Part shown: in pieces, positions 1 through 9,548 of the stretch | Numbering within the stretch: the stretch's first letter is position 1 | Layout of the letters: each line of letters starts with the position of its first letter | Source of the DNA: an uncultured Candidatus Saccharibacteria bacterium | GTDB lineage: Bacteria; Patescibacteriota; Saccharimonadia; Saccharimonadales; JAGQNJ01 | Reading direction: 5' to 3' | Assembly (NCBI GenBank): GCA_964493895.1 | Contig: CAZBPY010000002.1 | Span: 131,351 to 195,350 of the forward strand | Length of the DNA stretch: 64,000 bases | The notes under the pieces: generated by a model | Databases searched by the model: none | Told to the model about the DNA's origin: nothing | What the model saw: the letters and a program-made list of their open reading frames with translations, nothing else | Translations under genes and position numbers: made by a program

Positions 1-1624
1 CACCAACCTCAATTACAGTGGTCGAAACCAGCATGTCGTAGCTTTGGTCAATGAAATCCTGCATAATTTGTTGCTTGTCGTCGGATTTCATCTTGCCGTG
101 CAACAGGCCAATATTTCTCTTCGGCAGTAATTTAACCAGTTCTTTATGTACGGCCGTAGCTGATTTAGCCTGAACAGCTGTCGATTCATCAATCAGCGGG
201 CAGACTACGAAGGCCTGATGGCCGGCCGCCAGTTGCCGATCGATTTGTTGATATTGACTCAGCCGGTGCTGCGGCGGAACTAGTTTAGTGATAACGGACT
301 GGCGGCCGGCCGGCTTCTCCTTTAGGATCGAAATATCCAGATCACCATAAACTGTCAGGGCCAGGCTACGCGGAATTGGCGTGGCCGTCATCGACAGCAT
401 ATGAGGCATGTGGCCGGCTTTTTTTAGCAGTTTCTTTCGCTGTTCGACACCGAAACGATGTTGCTCATCAACTACAACTAGGGCCAGCTTGTGCATGTCA
501 ACCTTATCTTGAATTAAAGCATGTGTGCCGATAAGACATTTGACTGCACCGGACTTAATCTTGGCATAGGCAGTCTTTTTCTGAGCCGTTGTCATACTGC
601 CAACCAGTAGTGAAACCTGGTCAGCCAGTCCGAGAGGCTTTAGCAATTCAAAGAAGGTCTTAGCATGCTGCCGAGCCAAAATTTCTGTTGGAGCCATAAC
701 TGCCACCTGCAAATTAGCTCGCATAGCCATCGCCGCCAACATCGCCGCTACCACTGTCTTTCCTGAGCCAACATCACCCTCAATTAGTCGATTCATGGGT
801 TTAGGTTGAGCCATATCCTGATAGGCCTCCCAGGTGGCTACCCGTTGCGAGGTAGTTAGCTCAAACGGCAGATGCTTAACAAACTCCTGGGCCAACTCTT
901 TTTTGAATTCTACTGGCAAAGCCGTCTCCTGGGTCAACTCGGCCTTCAATGTCATATGGGCCAAAATTAGTTCGTAAAGTTCCTCAAACCCAAATCGATA
1001 CTTAGCAGCTTCGATATCTGCAGAACTTTCAGGAAAATGAACCTGAGTTAAAGCCTTTTTTATGCCGCTCAGTTTATAGTCTAGTTCAATATCAGCCGGC
1101 AGAGCTGACTCGACCTTTTTTGCCGACTGCAGAGCAGTCCTAATCGCCCGCCGAATTTCGGTTGACTTTACATCCTTGGATTCACGGTAAATCGGCACAA
1201 TTCTCGCCGTATGAGCCGGGAAATCACTGACAGCTTCGACTGACGGGTTCATAATCTGTAGCCGCTGGCGGCTAAGCTCAAACGGTCCGGACACAAAATA
1301 CTCCTCATCAGCCCTTATTGATCCGGCTCGGTAAGGTTGATTGAACCAAACTACTCGCACACTGCCTGTTGGGTCGCTAAGTACCCCTTCGGTGATGTGA
1401 AGGCCGCGGCGGACATAGCGGCCTTTAACCTGTTTGAACTGACCTCGAACTGACACCTGGCCGGGCTTTAATTTAGCAATCGATGTTAAAACTGAATAAT
1501 CCTGATACTTCCGCGGGTAATAACGCAGCAAATCCTCAATACTATCAATGCCCAGATGCCTAAACTTGCGCGCTAGAGTAGGACCAACCCCTTTTAACTC
1601 TTCGACCGAAGCGCTCAACTCCAT
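1..1624 (-). CDS. recG: ATP-dependent DNA helicase RecG (N-terminal ~541 aa; C-terminus lies beyond the window start)
   Basis: Not in the ORF track because it runs off the edge. My minus-strand translation from ATG 1624 gives MELSASVEELKGVGPTLARKFRHLGIDSIEDLLRYYPRKYQDY. Walker A GDVGSGKTVVA lies at about nt 745-790 and VVDEQHRFGV at about nt 443-475. Confidence 0.9.
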   Translation of the reverse strand, partial: MELSASVEELKGVGPTLARKFRHLGIDSIEDLLRYYPRKYQDYSVLTSIAKLKPGQVSVRGQFKQVKGRYVRRGLHITEGVLSDPTGSVRVVWFNQPYRAGSIRADEEYFVSGPFELSRQRLQIMNPSVEAVSDFPAHTARIVPIYRESKDVKSTEIRRAIRTALQSAKKVESALPADIELDYKLSGIKKALTQVHFPESSADIEAAKYRFGFEELYELILAHMTLKAELTQETALPVEFKKELAQEFVKHLPFELTTSQRVATWEAYQDMAQPKPMNRLIEGDVGSGKTVVAAMLAAMAMRANLQVAVMAPTEILARQHAKTFFELLKPLGLADQVSLLVGSMTTAQKKTAYAKIKSGAVKCLIGTHALIQDKVDMHKLALVVVDEQHRFGVEQRKKLLKKAGHMPHMLSMTATPIPRSLALTVYGDLDISILKEKPAGRQSVITKLVPPQHRLSQYQQIDRQLAAGHQAFVVCPLIDESTAVQAKSATAVHKELVKLLPKRNIGLLHGKMKSDDKQQIMQDFIDQSYDMLVSTTVIEVG

Positions 1625-1690
1625 ACCGGTTAGTATACGCCATGCCGACCGATCTATTGATCATTGTGTCATTTATGTTATTGTATGCTG

Positions 1691-2245
1691 ATGTCAAATG
1701 CCCGCTTGTATGTAGAGGAGTTTACCCCAGAAATCTTCCCTGAAGCCATTGGCAGGAGCGGCATATATGTATGGCCGCCCCATCTTTCCGGTGAGAGTTA
1801 TGGCTGTGGCTTCTTTGGCTTTGCGCTACACCCAGATGACCATGATGGTCCAGTGATTGAGGAGGACGTTTTTGATGTTGCCTACATAGCAGCTCAACAC
1901 CCCCAATCATCGCCGGGTCTGGGCAGTCAAATAGCCGAGGTAATGCTTGATGCGGCCAAGGAGTCTGGTTTTGGCCTGGCCAGAATGCGAATTGAGAACC
2001 CTAAAATTGTCTCCATACTAGAAAGATTTAAAGCAAATAGCATTATAGATGCGGTAACCTACGCTTTAAGCGGCTTGAATGGACGAGAGATTGCCTGTCC
2101 CCGACCATCTCACGACTTCACAAAAGGGAGAGCCAAGCTTAGCCCAGAGGAAGCAAAAGCTCATATCAACTCACACCAGCTGGACGATTTAGCAAAAATT
2201 GTCAGCCACGGCAGTGTTGCTATAGAGTGTTTGGTTGAAATTTAA
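1691..2245 (+). CDS. hypothetical protein (weak GNAT-like resemblance: QSSPGLGSQIAEVMLDAAKESGF)
   Basis: ORF track 1664-2245 (TTG start). I prefer ATG 1691, which lies 6 nt after TGtTATTGT (1676-1684). It is an acidic soluble protein with no recognisable family. Confidence 0.5.
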   Translation: MSNARLYVEEFTPEIFPEAIGRSGIYVWPPHLSGESYGCGFFGFALHPDDHDGPVIEEDVFDVAYIAAQHPQSSPGLGSQIAEVMLDAAKESGFGLARMRIENPKIVSILERFKANSIIDAVTYALSGLNGREIACPRPSHDFTKGRAKLSPEEAKAHINSHQLDDLAKIVSHGSVAIECLVEI

Positions 2246-3040
2246 CTATTTGGCTTTTCGAATCATGAAGAAAACGCTTGGGCCAAAATGAGTCCTGGCT
2301 AGAGGACGCTGCAAAAAGCTTTCAATCCGCACCATGACGGTATGTGGTATGACTTTTTTCAGAGCTCGGGAACGCAAATTCGATACTGACAACACCCTTT
2401 CAACTTTAAGTCCAGCATGAGCCAATTGTTTAACCACGGTCTTGGGGTTGTGGTTAACAAACGGAATTTCGTCGTCTTTCTGATTCTGGGGGCTGCGGAT
2501 ATCAATCGGTTTGGTCGGCAATTTCTTGCGTTTCATTAAGTATTTCAAACGGTTGCGGCCATGAGCCAGGTTGGCCATCTCTAAAATCAAAATTCCGTCA
2601 TCCGACAAAACTCGGGCCAGTTCATTAAATTCAGTAGTCGGATCCGGCAAATGATGCATAACTCGGATCATAGTTATAAGATCAACGCTGCCATCCTTAA
2701 ACTTCAAATCATCAGCCTGCATTAATTTGCGGTCAATATTAGGGTGGTCTTTTAAGAACTCCTTGGCGATATCCAGCTGCTGCTGGCTAGGTTCGGCCAG
2801 GGTTACTTTATCGGCATATTTTTCCAGCATCACACATAATCGGCCATAGCCGCCACCAATATCGACAGCGTGACGAAAGCGACGGCCTTTCAAAAACCGT
2901 CTAATAGCTAGCTTTTCCGAAGCATGCTCATAATCACGACCCTCCCAATACTGGAGATAGTTATGCTTGGGGTCATTATACTGATCAGCTTTCTTCCTGG
3001 AGTTATTTGTTGTTTTAGATTTATTGGATTTTTTAGCCAT
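2246..3040 (-). CDS. class I SAM-dependent methyltransferase
   Basis: Motif I VDIGGGYGRL, acidic loop LAEPS, and post-I/II pattern DLITMIRVMHHL. The length is typical of the Methyltransf_11/25 type. Confidence 0.85.
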   Translation of the reverse strand: MAKKSNKSKTTNNSRKKADQYNDPKHNYLQYWEGRDYEHASEKLAIRRFLKGRRFRHAVDIGGGYGRLCVMLEKYADKVTLAEPSQQQLDIAKEFLKDHPNIDRKLMQADDLKFKDGSVDLITMIRVMHHLPDPTTEFNELARVLSDDGILILEMANLAHGRNRLKYLMKRKKLPTKPIDIRSPQNQKDDEIPFVNHNPKTVVKQLAHAGLKVERVLSVSNLRSRALKKVIPHTVMVRIESFLQRPLARTHFGPSVFFMIRKAK

Positions 3041-3061
3041 AGGATTCCTAGTATATCAGGT

Positions 3062-4285
3062 TCAAGCTTTTACGATAGCAAAAGAGTTTTTGCCGCGTTT
3101 GAGCAGATTCAGTCCGGATTGAAAATCAACCATCTGGCCGACGATTTTCTGGCCATTTATCGAGACGCTGCCGGCCTCGACAAAACGATTAGCCTCGGAA
3201 TTGGATGATGCCAGACCAGCAGCCACCAAAGTTTCAGCCAACGATTTGCCAACTTTGACCACCGGCAGTTCCTTGGTCAGACTGTCTTTCTGCTGTTCGT
3301 TCAAATCTAGAAATTCACCTTTGCCAAACAGCACTTCGCTAACTTTTCGTACACCATCAGCTTGATCTTTGCCATGGATTAACTTTGTCACCTCATAAGC
3401 TAATAGCTTTTGAGCTGCTCTTTGTCCCTTATTAGACTTGAACTCGCTCATAACTTTTTGTATCGCTGGTTTATCTAGAGTTGTAAATATCTTTAAATAA
3501 CCCTCAACATCAGCATCATCAATATTTAGCCAGAACTGGTAAAACTTGTACGGACTGGTCAGTTTTGGATCAAGCCAAACAGCACCCTCTTCTGATTTAC
3601 CAAACTTCACCCCTGTGGCATTGTTAATTAACAGGGGTATTGTCCAAACGTGAGCCTCTTGACCAGTTTTGCGCCGAATCAAATCAACACCAGCAATGCT
3701 GTTGCCCCACTGATCGGCTCCGGCTAACTGCAGGGTCACGCCGTGCTTCTCGAACAAATGCAAGAAGTCGTAACCCTGTATCAGGGAATAACTGAACTCG
3801 GCGTAACTGATGCCAGCGCCCTGTTCCGATAAGCGCTCTTTGACAAATTCTCGCCCCAACATCGTCCGCATCGGCACATGCTTGCCAACATCGCGCAAAA
3901 ACTCCAGATAGCCAATGTTTTTGAACCAGTCATAGTTATCAACAATCTCAAACTTCTGTCCCTCAAAAATGGTTTTGTACTGATCAGCCAAGCCTTTTTT
4001 ATTCTTAGCTACCTCCTCAGGCGTCTTAAGGTCTCGCTCCTGGACTTTGCCGTCCGGATCACCAATCAGGCCAGTAGCGCCGCCAACCAGTAAAATAGGC
4101 TTAAATCCGTGCTTGATAAACACCTTTACCATCATGGCCGGGGCCAGGTGCCCAATTGTCATCGAGGCAGCACTAGGGTCCACTCCCCAATAAAAAGTCC
4201 GCTTTTGCTTATCAAGGTCTTTTATATCCCTAAGGGTGGTCTGCTTAACAAAACCGCGCCATTTTAGCTCTTCAGATAACGTCAT
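3062..4285 (-). CDS. tyrS: tyrosine--tRNA ligase
   Basis: HIGH-region variant TIGHLAPAM, KMSKS variant KFGKS, and a C-terminal S4-like domain. The track starts at TTG 4294; ATG 4285 (MTLSEELKWRG) is more likely. Confidence 0.93.
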   Translation of the reverse strand: MTLSEELKWRGFVKQTTLRDIKDLDKQKRTFYWGVDPSAASMTIGHLAPAMMVKVFIKHGFKPILLVGGATGLIGDPDGKVQERDLKTPEEVAKNKKGLADQYKTIFEGQKFEIVDNYDWFKNIGYLEFLRDVGKHVPMRTMLGREFVKERLSEQGAGISYAEFSYSLIQGYDFLHLFEKHGVTLQLAGADQWGNSIAGVDLIRRKTGQEAHVWTIPLLINNATGVKFGKSEEGAVWLDPKLTSPYKFYQFWLNIDDADVEGYLKIFTTLDKPAIQKVMSEFKSNKGQRAAQKLLAYEVTKLIHGKDQADGVRKVSEVLFGKGEFLDLNEQQKDSLTKELPVVKVGKSLAETLVAAGLASSNSEANRFVEAGSVSINGQKIVGQMVDFQSGLNLLKRGKNSFAIVKA

Positions 4286-4345
4286 ACTCGTCAATAGTAT
4301 ACCTTAAACCAACAGATTAAACATATTGTCATTAATAACTCCTTG

Positions 4346-4354
4346 TGTTATAAT
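4346..4354 (+). promoter_or_regulatory. extended -10 box TGtTATAAT, 6 nt upstream of ATG 4361 (leaderless architecture)
   Basis: Read directly from the sequence ccttgTGtTATAATatgaatATGagc. Confidence 0.5.
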
Positions 4355-4360
4355 ATGAAT

Positions 4361-4966
4361 ATGAGCGGCTTTAATGCAGGGGAGCACGATCAAAATAGTG
4401 GTCGTCAGGTTCCGGCATCGATACAACTTCCAGAAATCATCAAAGAGCGGGCTAATGAACTTTTCAGACAAGCTGTTGATAGGATCGACACCGAGATCTT
4501 TACTGGGGACCATGACCCTAGCATGGTGGCCTTTGATCGAAGTCCCCGAGTGCCATTTAGCTGTGGCGAGGTAGACTCAATCCAGCTAGATATGATGATG
4601 GGTGAATCAGACTTGTCTACGGTGGGGGTTCATTTATTTAGTGACGGGTCACCTTATGCATTTGAAGAAGACCTGGATGCTCCCTCTCTTGATAAGGCAA
4701 ACCTTTATGATATTGTGGCATTAAGAGAGGAAGCTCTACCTTATTTTGCCAGCTCTAGATATAGTGCTTTTGATAGCCCGTATAGCACTGCCTATTTAGA
4801 TCTTGTTAGAAGAGGAAACGTTCCACATCCACACCGACTAGACGAGTCAGCTTGTCAACAATTGATGGAAATTGTACTCGATCCGGTTTTGATCGAATGG
4901 GTAGATCTTGATGAAATCAAGCTAAACTATGATGCGACTGATGGGCTGATGAACTCCGGGTTCTGA
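4361..4966 (+). CDS. hypothetical acidic protein (orphan)
   Basis: ORF track 4343-4966 (TTG start lies inside the -10 box). ATG 4361 or 4355 is more likely. No TM segment, no signal peptide and no recognisable motif. Confidence 0.55.
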   Translation: MSGFNAGEHDQNSGRQVPASIQLPEIIKERANELFRQAVDRIDTEIFTGDHDPSMVAFDRSPRVPFSCGEVDSIQLDMMMGESDLSTVGVHLFSDGSPYAFEEDLDAPSLDKANLYDIVALREEALPYFASSRYSAFDSPYSTAYLDLVRRGNVPHPHRLDESACQQLMEIVLDPVLIEWVDLDEIKLNYDATDGLMNSGF

Positions 4967-4983
4967 CGACCTTATATAAAATC

Positions 4984-5010
4984 CGGCTGTACAAACATAA
5001 GCCGTTTTTT
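4984..5010 (+). terminator. weak intrinsic terminator candidate
   Basis: CGGCT-11 nt loop-AGCCG followed by TTTTTTgTT, directly after the stop at 4966. The stem is only 5 bp. Confidence 0.35.
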
Positions 5011-5064
5011 GTTATAATTAAATATCAGTGAAAACTGGTGTTGAAACGGAGAAGTTAACTGGTT

Positions 5065-8013
5065 ATGAGTAAGCATCTAAGGCGTGGTCGCGTTTCCAAA
5101 AATTCCTTTGTAACCCGGAGTGGATCTGTGATCAAGTTGAAACGATCGGTTGGTCAGAGAATGAAGAGCGGACGCAACGCTCGGGCTCAGGCCAAGGCTC
5201 GTCGCCTGGCCGGTATGCCAAAGGGCCGCATTAAGGGTTTCATGTACCGTATGCACCCCAAGCGCCTGTATCACTATTGGTTTTCTAGAGAAGGCGGCAT
5301 CATGGCCCTTAAAGTTATGGGCGTCGGTTTTATCGCCGGATTCCTGTTGTTAGTTGGTTTGTTTGCTTATTTCCGAAAAGACTTGCCCAACCTACGCGAT
5401 ATCACTGGTAATAATATAGGCGGAAGTATTCGCTATTATGATCGCACCGGTGAAACATTGCTATGGGAAGATTATGACGCCGCTAAACGTATCCCTGTTA
5501 AGCAGGAAGAGATGAACCAATACATCAAGGATGCTACAGTGGCTCTTGAAGATAAGGATTTCTTCAATCATGGCGGCTTCGATGTTCGTGGTATTACCCG
5601 CGCCACTTGGAATAACGCTTTTGGCGGCACTACCCAGGGAGGCTCGACCATTACTCAGCAGTTGGTTAAGCTGACTCAAAACTGGACCGAAGAGCGCACC
5701 CTAGCCCGTAAATTGAAGGAATTAATCCTGGCTGTTGAGCTGGAACGAAGCTACTCTAAACACGAGATACTCAATGGTTACCTCAACACCGCTCCTTACG
5801 GTGGAATTCAATACGGCGTAGAAGCTGCTTCACGCGATTATTTCGACAAGTCCGCCAAAGATCTGACCCTGGCCGAATCGGCTTTTCTAGCGGCTATTCC
5901 GAAGTCACCGACTCTGTTGTCACCCTATAGCCAAAGCTTCGACCGAGAGGGTCTAATTGGACGTTCTCACTACGTCCTTGACTTAATGCATCAACAGGGG
6001 TACATCAGCAGTGAAGAGCGTGACCAGGCAAAGCAAGTCGACGTCATTGCCACCGTCAAGCCGCGCAAGCCAAAATATGATGGTATTAAGGCACCGTATT
6101 TCGTTCTAACCGCCAAAGAGCAGCTGGAAGAGCAGTTTGGTGCTGAGACCGTAAAGCGAGGCGGTTGGCGGGTAACCACCACACTTGATCTTGGGTTGCA
6201 AGAAGAAGCCGAAAAGCAAGTTCAGGCCGGACTGGCTCAAATCCAGCGTCAGGGCGGGGACACTGCTGCCTTCGCGGCCGAAGATGTAGCTACCGGTCAA
6301 ATGGTTGCCCTGGTCGGAGGTGTTGACTTCTCTAACCCCGAATTCGGACAGAACAATTATGCCCGCATAAAGTTGCCGCCCGGTTCGAGCTACAAGCCGT
6401 ACGACTATGCTGCCTTGATAGAACATAAGGATAACTTCGGTGCCGGCTCAGTTCTATATGACACTCAAGGCCCGCTGGAAGGCTATCCTTGCACTAATAA
6501 ACAGCGGCCAAAACAGGGTGGAAACTGCTTATGGGACTATGATTTTCGTTACCCTGGCCCCTTGACTTTGCGTTATGCCCTCGGTGGATCCCGCAACGTG
6601 CCAGCAGTTAAGGCGATGCTCTTAACCGGTATAGATAAAACTATTGAGACTTCTGAAAAGCTCGGTCTAAAGAGCGGTTATAATTGCTATATCGATGACA
6701 CTCTGACAAAAGAAGGTCCATGCTACGCTTCATCTGCCATTGGTGATGGTGCTTATTTGAAACTTGATGAACATGTTCACGCCCAAGCCTCTCTGTCGCG
6801 TTTGGGCGAGAATATTCCGCAAACTTACATCTTAAAGATTAACGATGCTCAAGATAAGCCGGTTTACGAGTGGAAAGAAGAAAAGGGCGAGCAAGCTGTC
6901 CGACCGGATACTGCCTACATAATTAATGACATGTTGTCCGATCCAAACGCCAGCTACTTCCCGGCCGGGCGCAAGCCTCAGAGATTTGGCGATTGGAAGT
7001 TTGCCATGAAAACCGGAACCACCAACGATGCTAAGGACGGTTGGATGACTGGTTATTCGACCAAGTACTCGGCTAGTGTTTGGGTTGGCTATCACACCCG
7101 CCGCGTAGAAATGCGCGGCACTATGGAGTCAATGACCCAGCCAATCTGGCAGGGCTGGATGCGAGCCGCTCACGCTAATCAACCGGCCCAGAACTGGGAA
7201 CAACCGCCTGGAGTTAAAACTGAAGCTGCCTATGTGGTCAGAACTCATGTAGGCGTAGGTTCGGTTGAACCCAGCCCAGCTCAAGATATTTATCCAAGTT
7301 GGTATACAAATACCCGTAAACGCTCGACTGCCAAGCGCACTATCGACCGGGTTTCTAATAAATTAGCCACTGAATGTACGCCGCCACGAGCCAAACAGGA
7401 AATCACCGAAACCGACGCCTCTAGCTTTTCTGGCGACACTTTCGTTGACGGGGGCGGCTCCAACACCAGTCAGCAAGACGATGTCCATAAATGTTCTGAT
7501 ATCAAACCAACGATTAGTTTGACGGTTCAAAAGGAGGGCAACACCTATAACCTAGTTGCTACCGTCGGTCAAGGCACTCACCCCCTATCAAGTGACCGCT
7601 TCAAGGGTACGGTCACCTTTGCCATCGATGGCCAGGAGTTGCCGGGAGGCAGCTTCCAGATCAACAGCCCCGGTACAGTCATTTACCGCAACTACTCGCC
7701 GCCGTTTAGCGGCAGCAAGACCGTCACCGCCACAATTGTCGACAGTGTGCTGTACGATGCCACGGCCAGCGGCACAATATCCGGCAACAACCTCTCCATA
7801 TCCAAAGCCAAGATGAATGGCAACACTGCCCAGTTCAGCTGGACCGGGGCCACCGGTAACGTCACAATATACAGAGCTGACAACGGTAATGCCGTCTGCT
7901 CGTCGGGCGGTAGTAGCTGTTCCAGCAACCCCAACACCCTTGACGAAGGCGATCAGGTCTATGCTCGCGACGCGTCTGGTAGTCAGTCTCCAGTCGTAAC
8001 AATCACCGACTAA
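5065..8013 (+). CDS. ponA: class A penicillin-binding protein (glycosyltransferase GT51 plus transpeptidase) with a basic N-terminal tail and a ~250-aa C-terminal extension
   Basis: GT51 motif EDKDFFNHGGFD and RKLKE. Transpeptidase motifs SSYKP (SxxK) and KTGTTND (KTG). A TM helix lies at about aa 80-102. SD GGAGAAG lies upstream. Confidence 0.93.
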   Translation: MSKHLRRGRVSKNSFVTRSGSVIKLKRSVGQRMKSGRNARAQAKARRLAGMPKGRIKGFMYRMHPKRLYHYWFSREGGIMALKVMGVGFIAGFLLLVGLFAYFRKDLPNLRDITGNNIGGSIRYYDRTGETLLWEDYDAAKRIPVKQEEMNQYIKDATVALEDKDFFNHGGFDVRGITRATWNNAFGGTTQGGSTITQQLVKLTQNWTEERTLARKLKELILAVELERSYSKHEILNGYLNTAPYGGIQYGVEAASRDYFDKSAKDLTLAESAFLAAIPKSPTLLSPYSQSFDREGLIGRSHYVLDLMHQQGYISSEERDQAKQVDVIATVKPRKPKYDGIKAPYFVLTAKEQLEEQFGAETVKRGGWRVTTTLDLGLQEEAEKQVQAGLAQIQRQGGDTAAFAAEDVATGQMVALVGGVDFSNPEFGQNNYARIKLPPGSSYKPYDYAALIEHKDNFGAGSVLYDTQGPLEGYPCTNKQRPKQGGNCLWDYDFRYPGPLTLRYALGGSRNVPAVKAMLLTGIDKTIETSEKLGLKSGYNCYIDDTLTKEGPCYASSAIGDGAYLKLDEHVHAQASLSRLGENIPQTYILKINDAQDKPVYEWKEEKGEQAVRPDTAYIINDMLSDPNASYFPAGRKPQRFGDWKFAMKTGTTNDAKDGWMTGYSTKYSASVWVGYHTRRVEMRGTMESMTQPIWQGWMRAAHANQPAQNWEQPPGVKTEAAYVVRTHVGVGSVEPSPAQDIYPSWYTNTRKRSTAKRTIDRVSNKLATECTPPRAKQEITETDASSFSGDTFVDGGGSNTSQQDDVHKCSDIKPTISLTVQKEGNTYNLVATVGQGTHPLSSDRFKGTVTFAIDGQELPGGSFQINSPGTVIYRNYSPPFSGSKTVTATIVDSVLYDATASGTISGNNLSISKAKMNGNTAQFSWTGATGNVTIYRADNGNAVCSSGGSSCSSNPNTLDEGDQVYARDASGSQSPVVTITD

Positions 8014-8038
8014 GCTTACTCTTTTAGAGCAGACGGCA

Positions 8039-8131
8039 TTGATGAGCCAAGGCACCCTCTACGGGGGACCTAACGGTCCGCCCGTGGCGGTCGGCTGGCC
8101 CTTGTCAGGGCCACAGGCCTTGGCTCATCAA
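8039..8131. other. GC-rich nested inverted-repeat element (candidate structured RNA or bidirectional terminator)
   Basis: A 15-bp perfect stem pairs TTGATGAGCCAAGGC (8039-8053) with GCCTTGGCTCATCAA (8117-8131). It encloses 63 nt containing two further GC hairpins (8062-8070/8075-8084 and 8097-8101/8108-8112). GC is about 68% by my count, against roughly 50% in the flanks. Confidence 0.6.
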
Positions 8132-8150
8132 GGCCTCCCTCTCACAAATC

Positions 8151-9500
8151 TTAGCTTTGGAGGAAGGTGTTGAGGGCGCTGCGAACGTCTTTGACTGGGT
8201 GCAACATCTTATCCTTGCCGCCAGTGCGCGGCTTTGGACCAATGGCTACTTCTAGGCCCATTTTCTTGGCTTCGGCTAGGCGTTTTTCAACATAGGGCAC
8301 TTGGCGAACCTCGCCGGACAGGCCGACTTCTCCGAAAGCGGCAGCGTTTTGTTTTAATTGCAGTCCCTTAGCCGCCGATCCGATAGCCATACAAATGGCC
8401 AGGTCGGCCGCCGGCTCGGTGATGCGGATGCCGCCGACAATGTTTATATAAATGTCCTTGTCGGATAGGTTCAATTTTGTTCGCCTCTCCAACATCGCCA
8501 CCAGAAGGTTGAGCCGATTTAGATCGATGCCGCTAGCAGTGCGTTTTGGATAACCGTAGCTGGTGGAGTTAACGAGGGCCTGAACTTCAACCAGGATTGG
8601 TCGGCTGCCTTCCATAGTCGCTAAGACGACTGAGCCATCGGTGATCTGGCGCTCGGCCAACAAAGCTTTCGATGGGTTATCGACAATTTTCAATCCGCTG
8701 TCCAGCATTTCCAGGATAGCAACCTCGTTTGTCGACCCAAAGCGGTTTTTGACCCCGCGCAGCACCTTGAATCCACCGTAACGATCGCCTTCTAATTGCA
8801 AGACGACATCAACTATGTGTTCCAGAAGCTTCGGTCCAGCGATTGAACCCTCTTTAGTGACATGGCCGACTAGCAACAACGCCGTGTTTGAGGCTTTGGC
8901 GGCTTGCATCAGCATGGTGGTGCAGCTGGTGATCTGGCTGACACTGCCTGGCGAGCTAGTTAAGCGGTCAGTGCCAATGGTTTGAATTGAATCGACCACC
9001 ACCAGATCGTATTGGCCGCTGTTAATGCTGGCCTGGATATCTTCTACTCTGGTACTGGCGGCAATTTGTAGTTTAGGACTGCTGGCCCCCAGGCGCTTGG
9101 CCCTTAGGCCAACCTGATGGACAGATTCTTCGCCACTGACGTACAGAACTCGGTGACCTTTGGCCACGGCATCAGCCAGTTGAAGCAGCAAGGTGCTTTT
9201 ACCGATACCAGGTTCGCCGGCCAGCAGAATCACACTGCCAGCCACTACTCCGCCGCCTAAAACTGTGTCGACGTCCTGAAGGCCGCTTTGTAGACGTTTC
9301 TCATCAGTTTTAACTGCTTGTTTACTATCGGTCGGTGTCAAAGCCTGGCCGCCAGACAAATCGCCGCCGGAAGAACGTGAGGTTGCTACGACAACTTCTT
9401 CAAAAGTGTTCCACTCACCACAATTAAAACACTTGCCGGCCCACACACTGGATTCAGCTCCGCAATTATTGCAAACGTATTTCTTCTTCTCCTTAGCCAC
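8151..9500 (-). CDS. radA: DNA repair protein RadA/Sms
   Basis: N-terminal zinc ribbon CNNCGAESSVWAGKCFNCGEW, Walker A GEPGIGKSTLLLQ, KNRFG motif, and a Lon-like C-terminal domain. GTG start. Confidence 0.95.
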   Translation of the reverse strand: MAKEKKKYVCNNCGAESSVWAGKCFNCGEWNTFEEVVVATSRSSGGDLSGGQALTPTDSKQAVKTDEKRLQSGLQDVDTVLGGGVVAGSVILLAGEPGIGKSTLLLQLADAVAKGHRVLYVSGEESVHQVGLRAKRLGASSPKLQIAASTRVEDIQASINSGQYDLVVVDSIQTIGTDRLTSSPGSVSQITSCTTMLMQAAKASNTALLLVGHVTKEGSIAGPKLLEHIVDVVLQLEGDRYGGFKVLRGVKNRFGSTNEVAILEMLDSGLKIVDNPSKALLAERQITDGSVVLATMEGSRPILVEVQALVNSTSYGYPKRTASGIDLNRLNLLVAMLERRTKLNLSDKDIYINIVGGIRITEPAADLAICMAIGSAAKGLQLKQNAAAFGEVGLSGEVRQVPYVEKRLAEAKKMGLEVAIGPKPRTGGKDKMLHPVKDVRSALNTFLQS

Positions 9501-9548
9501 AACTCTTAGTTTAGCAAACAGAGATTAACTTTCGATTAAAAAGCAAGG

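Noticed and set aside
7556-8055. Long ORFs overlap the 3' end of the PBP gene: 7556-7816 (+), 7588-8055 (-), 7692-7937 (-) and 7817-7999 (+).
   Set aside because: These are shadow ORFs produced by the locally GC-rich, repeat-like coding sequence of the PBP C-terminal extension. Their translations are low-complexity Ala/Arg/Pro-rich, and they have no promoter or SD.
8039-8131. I considered whether the GC-rich hairpin element is a small SRP (4.5S) RNA or a tRNA, because the string GAGCCAAGGCA resembles the E. coli 4.5S segment AGCAGCCAAGGCAG.
   Set aside because: It has no GNRA tetraloop (the loops are TAAC/GTTA and TTGTCA). The conserved GGAAGCAGC/CAGGUC helix-8 motifs are absent, and there is no T-loop (GTTCGAAT-like) or cloverleaf. 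The resemblance is a short chance string. It is kept only as an unclassified structured element.
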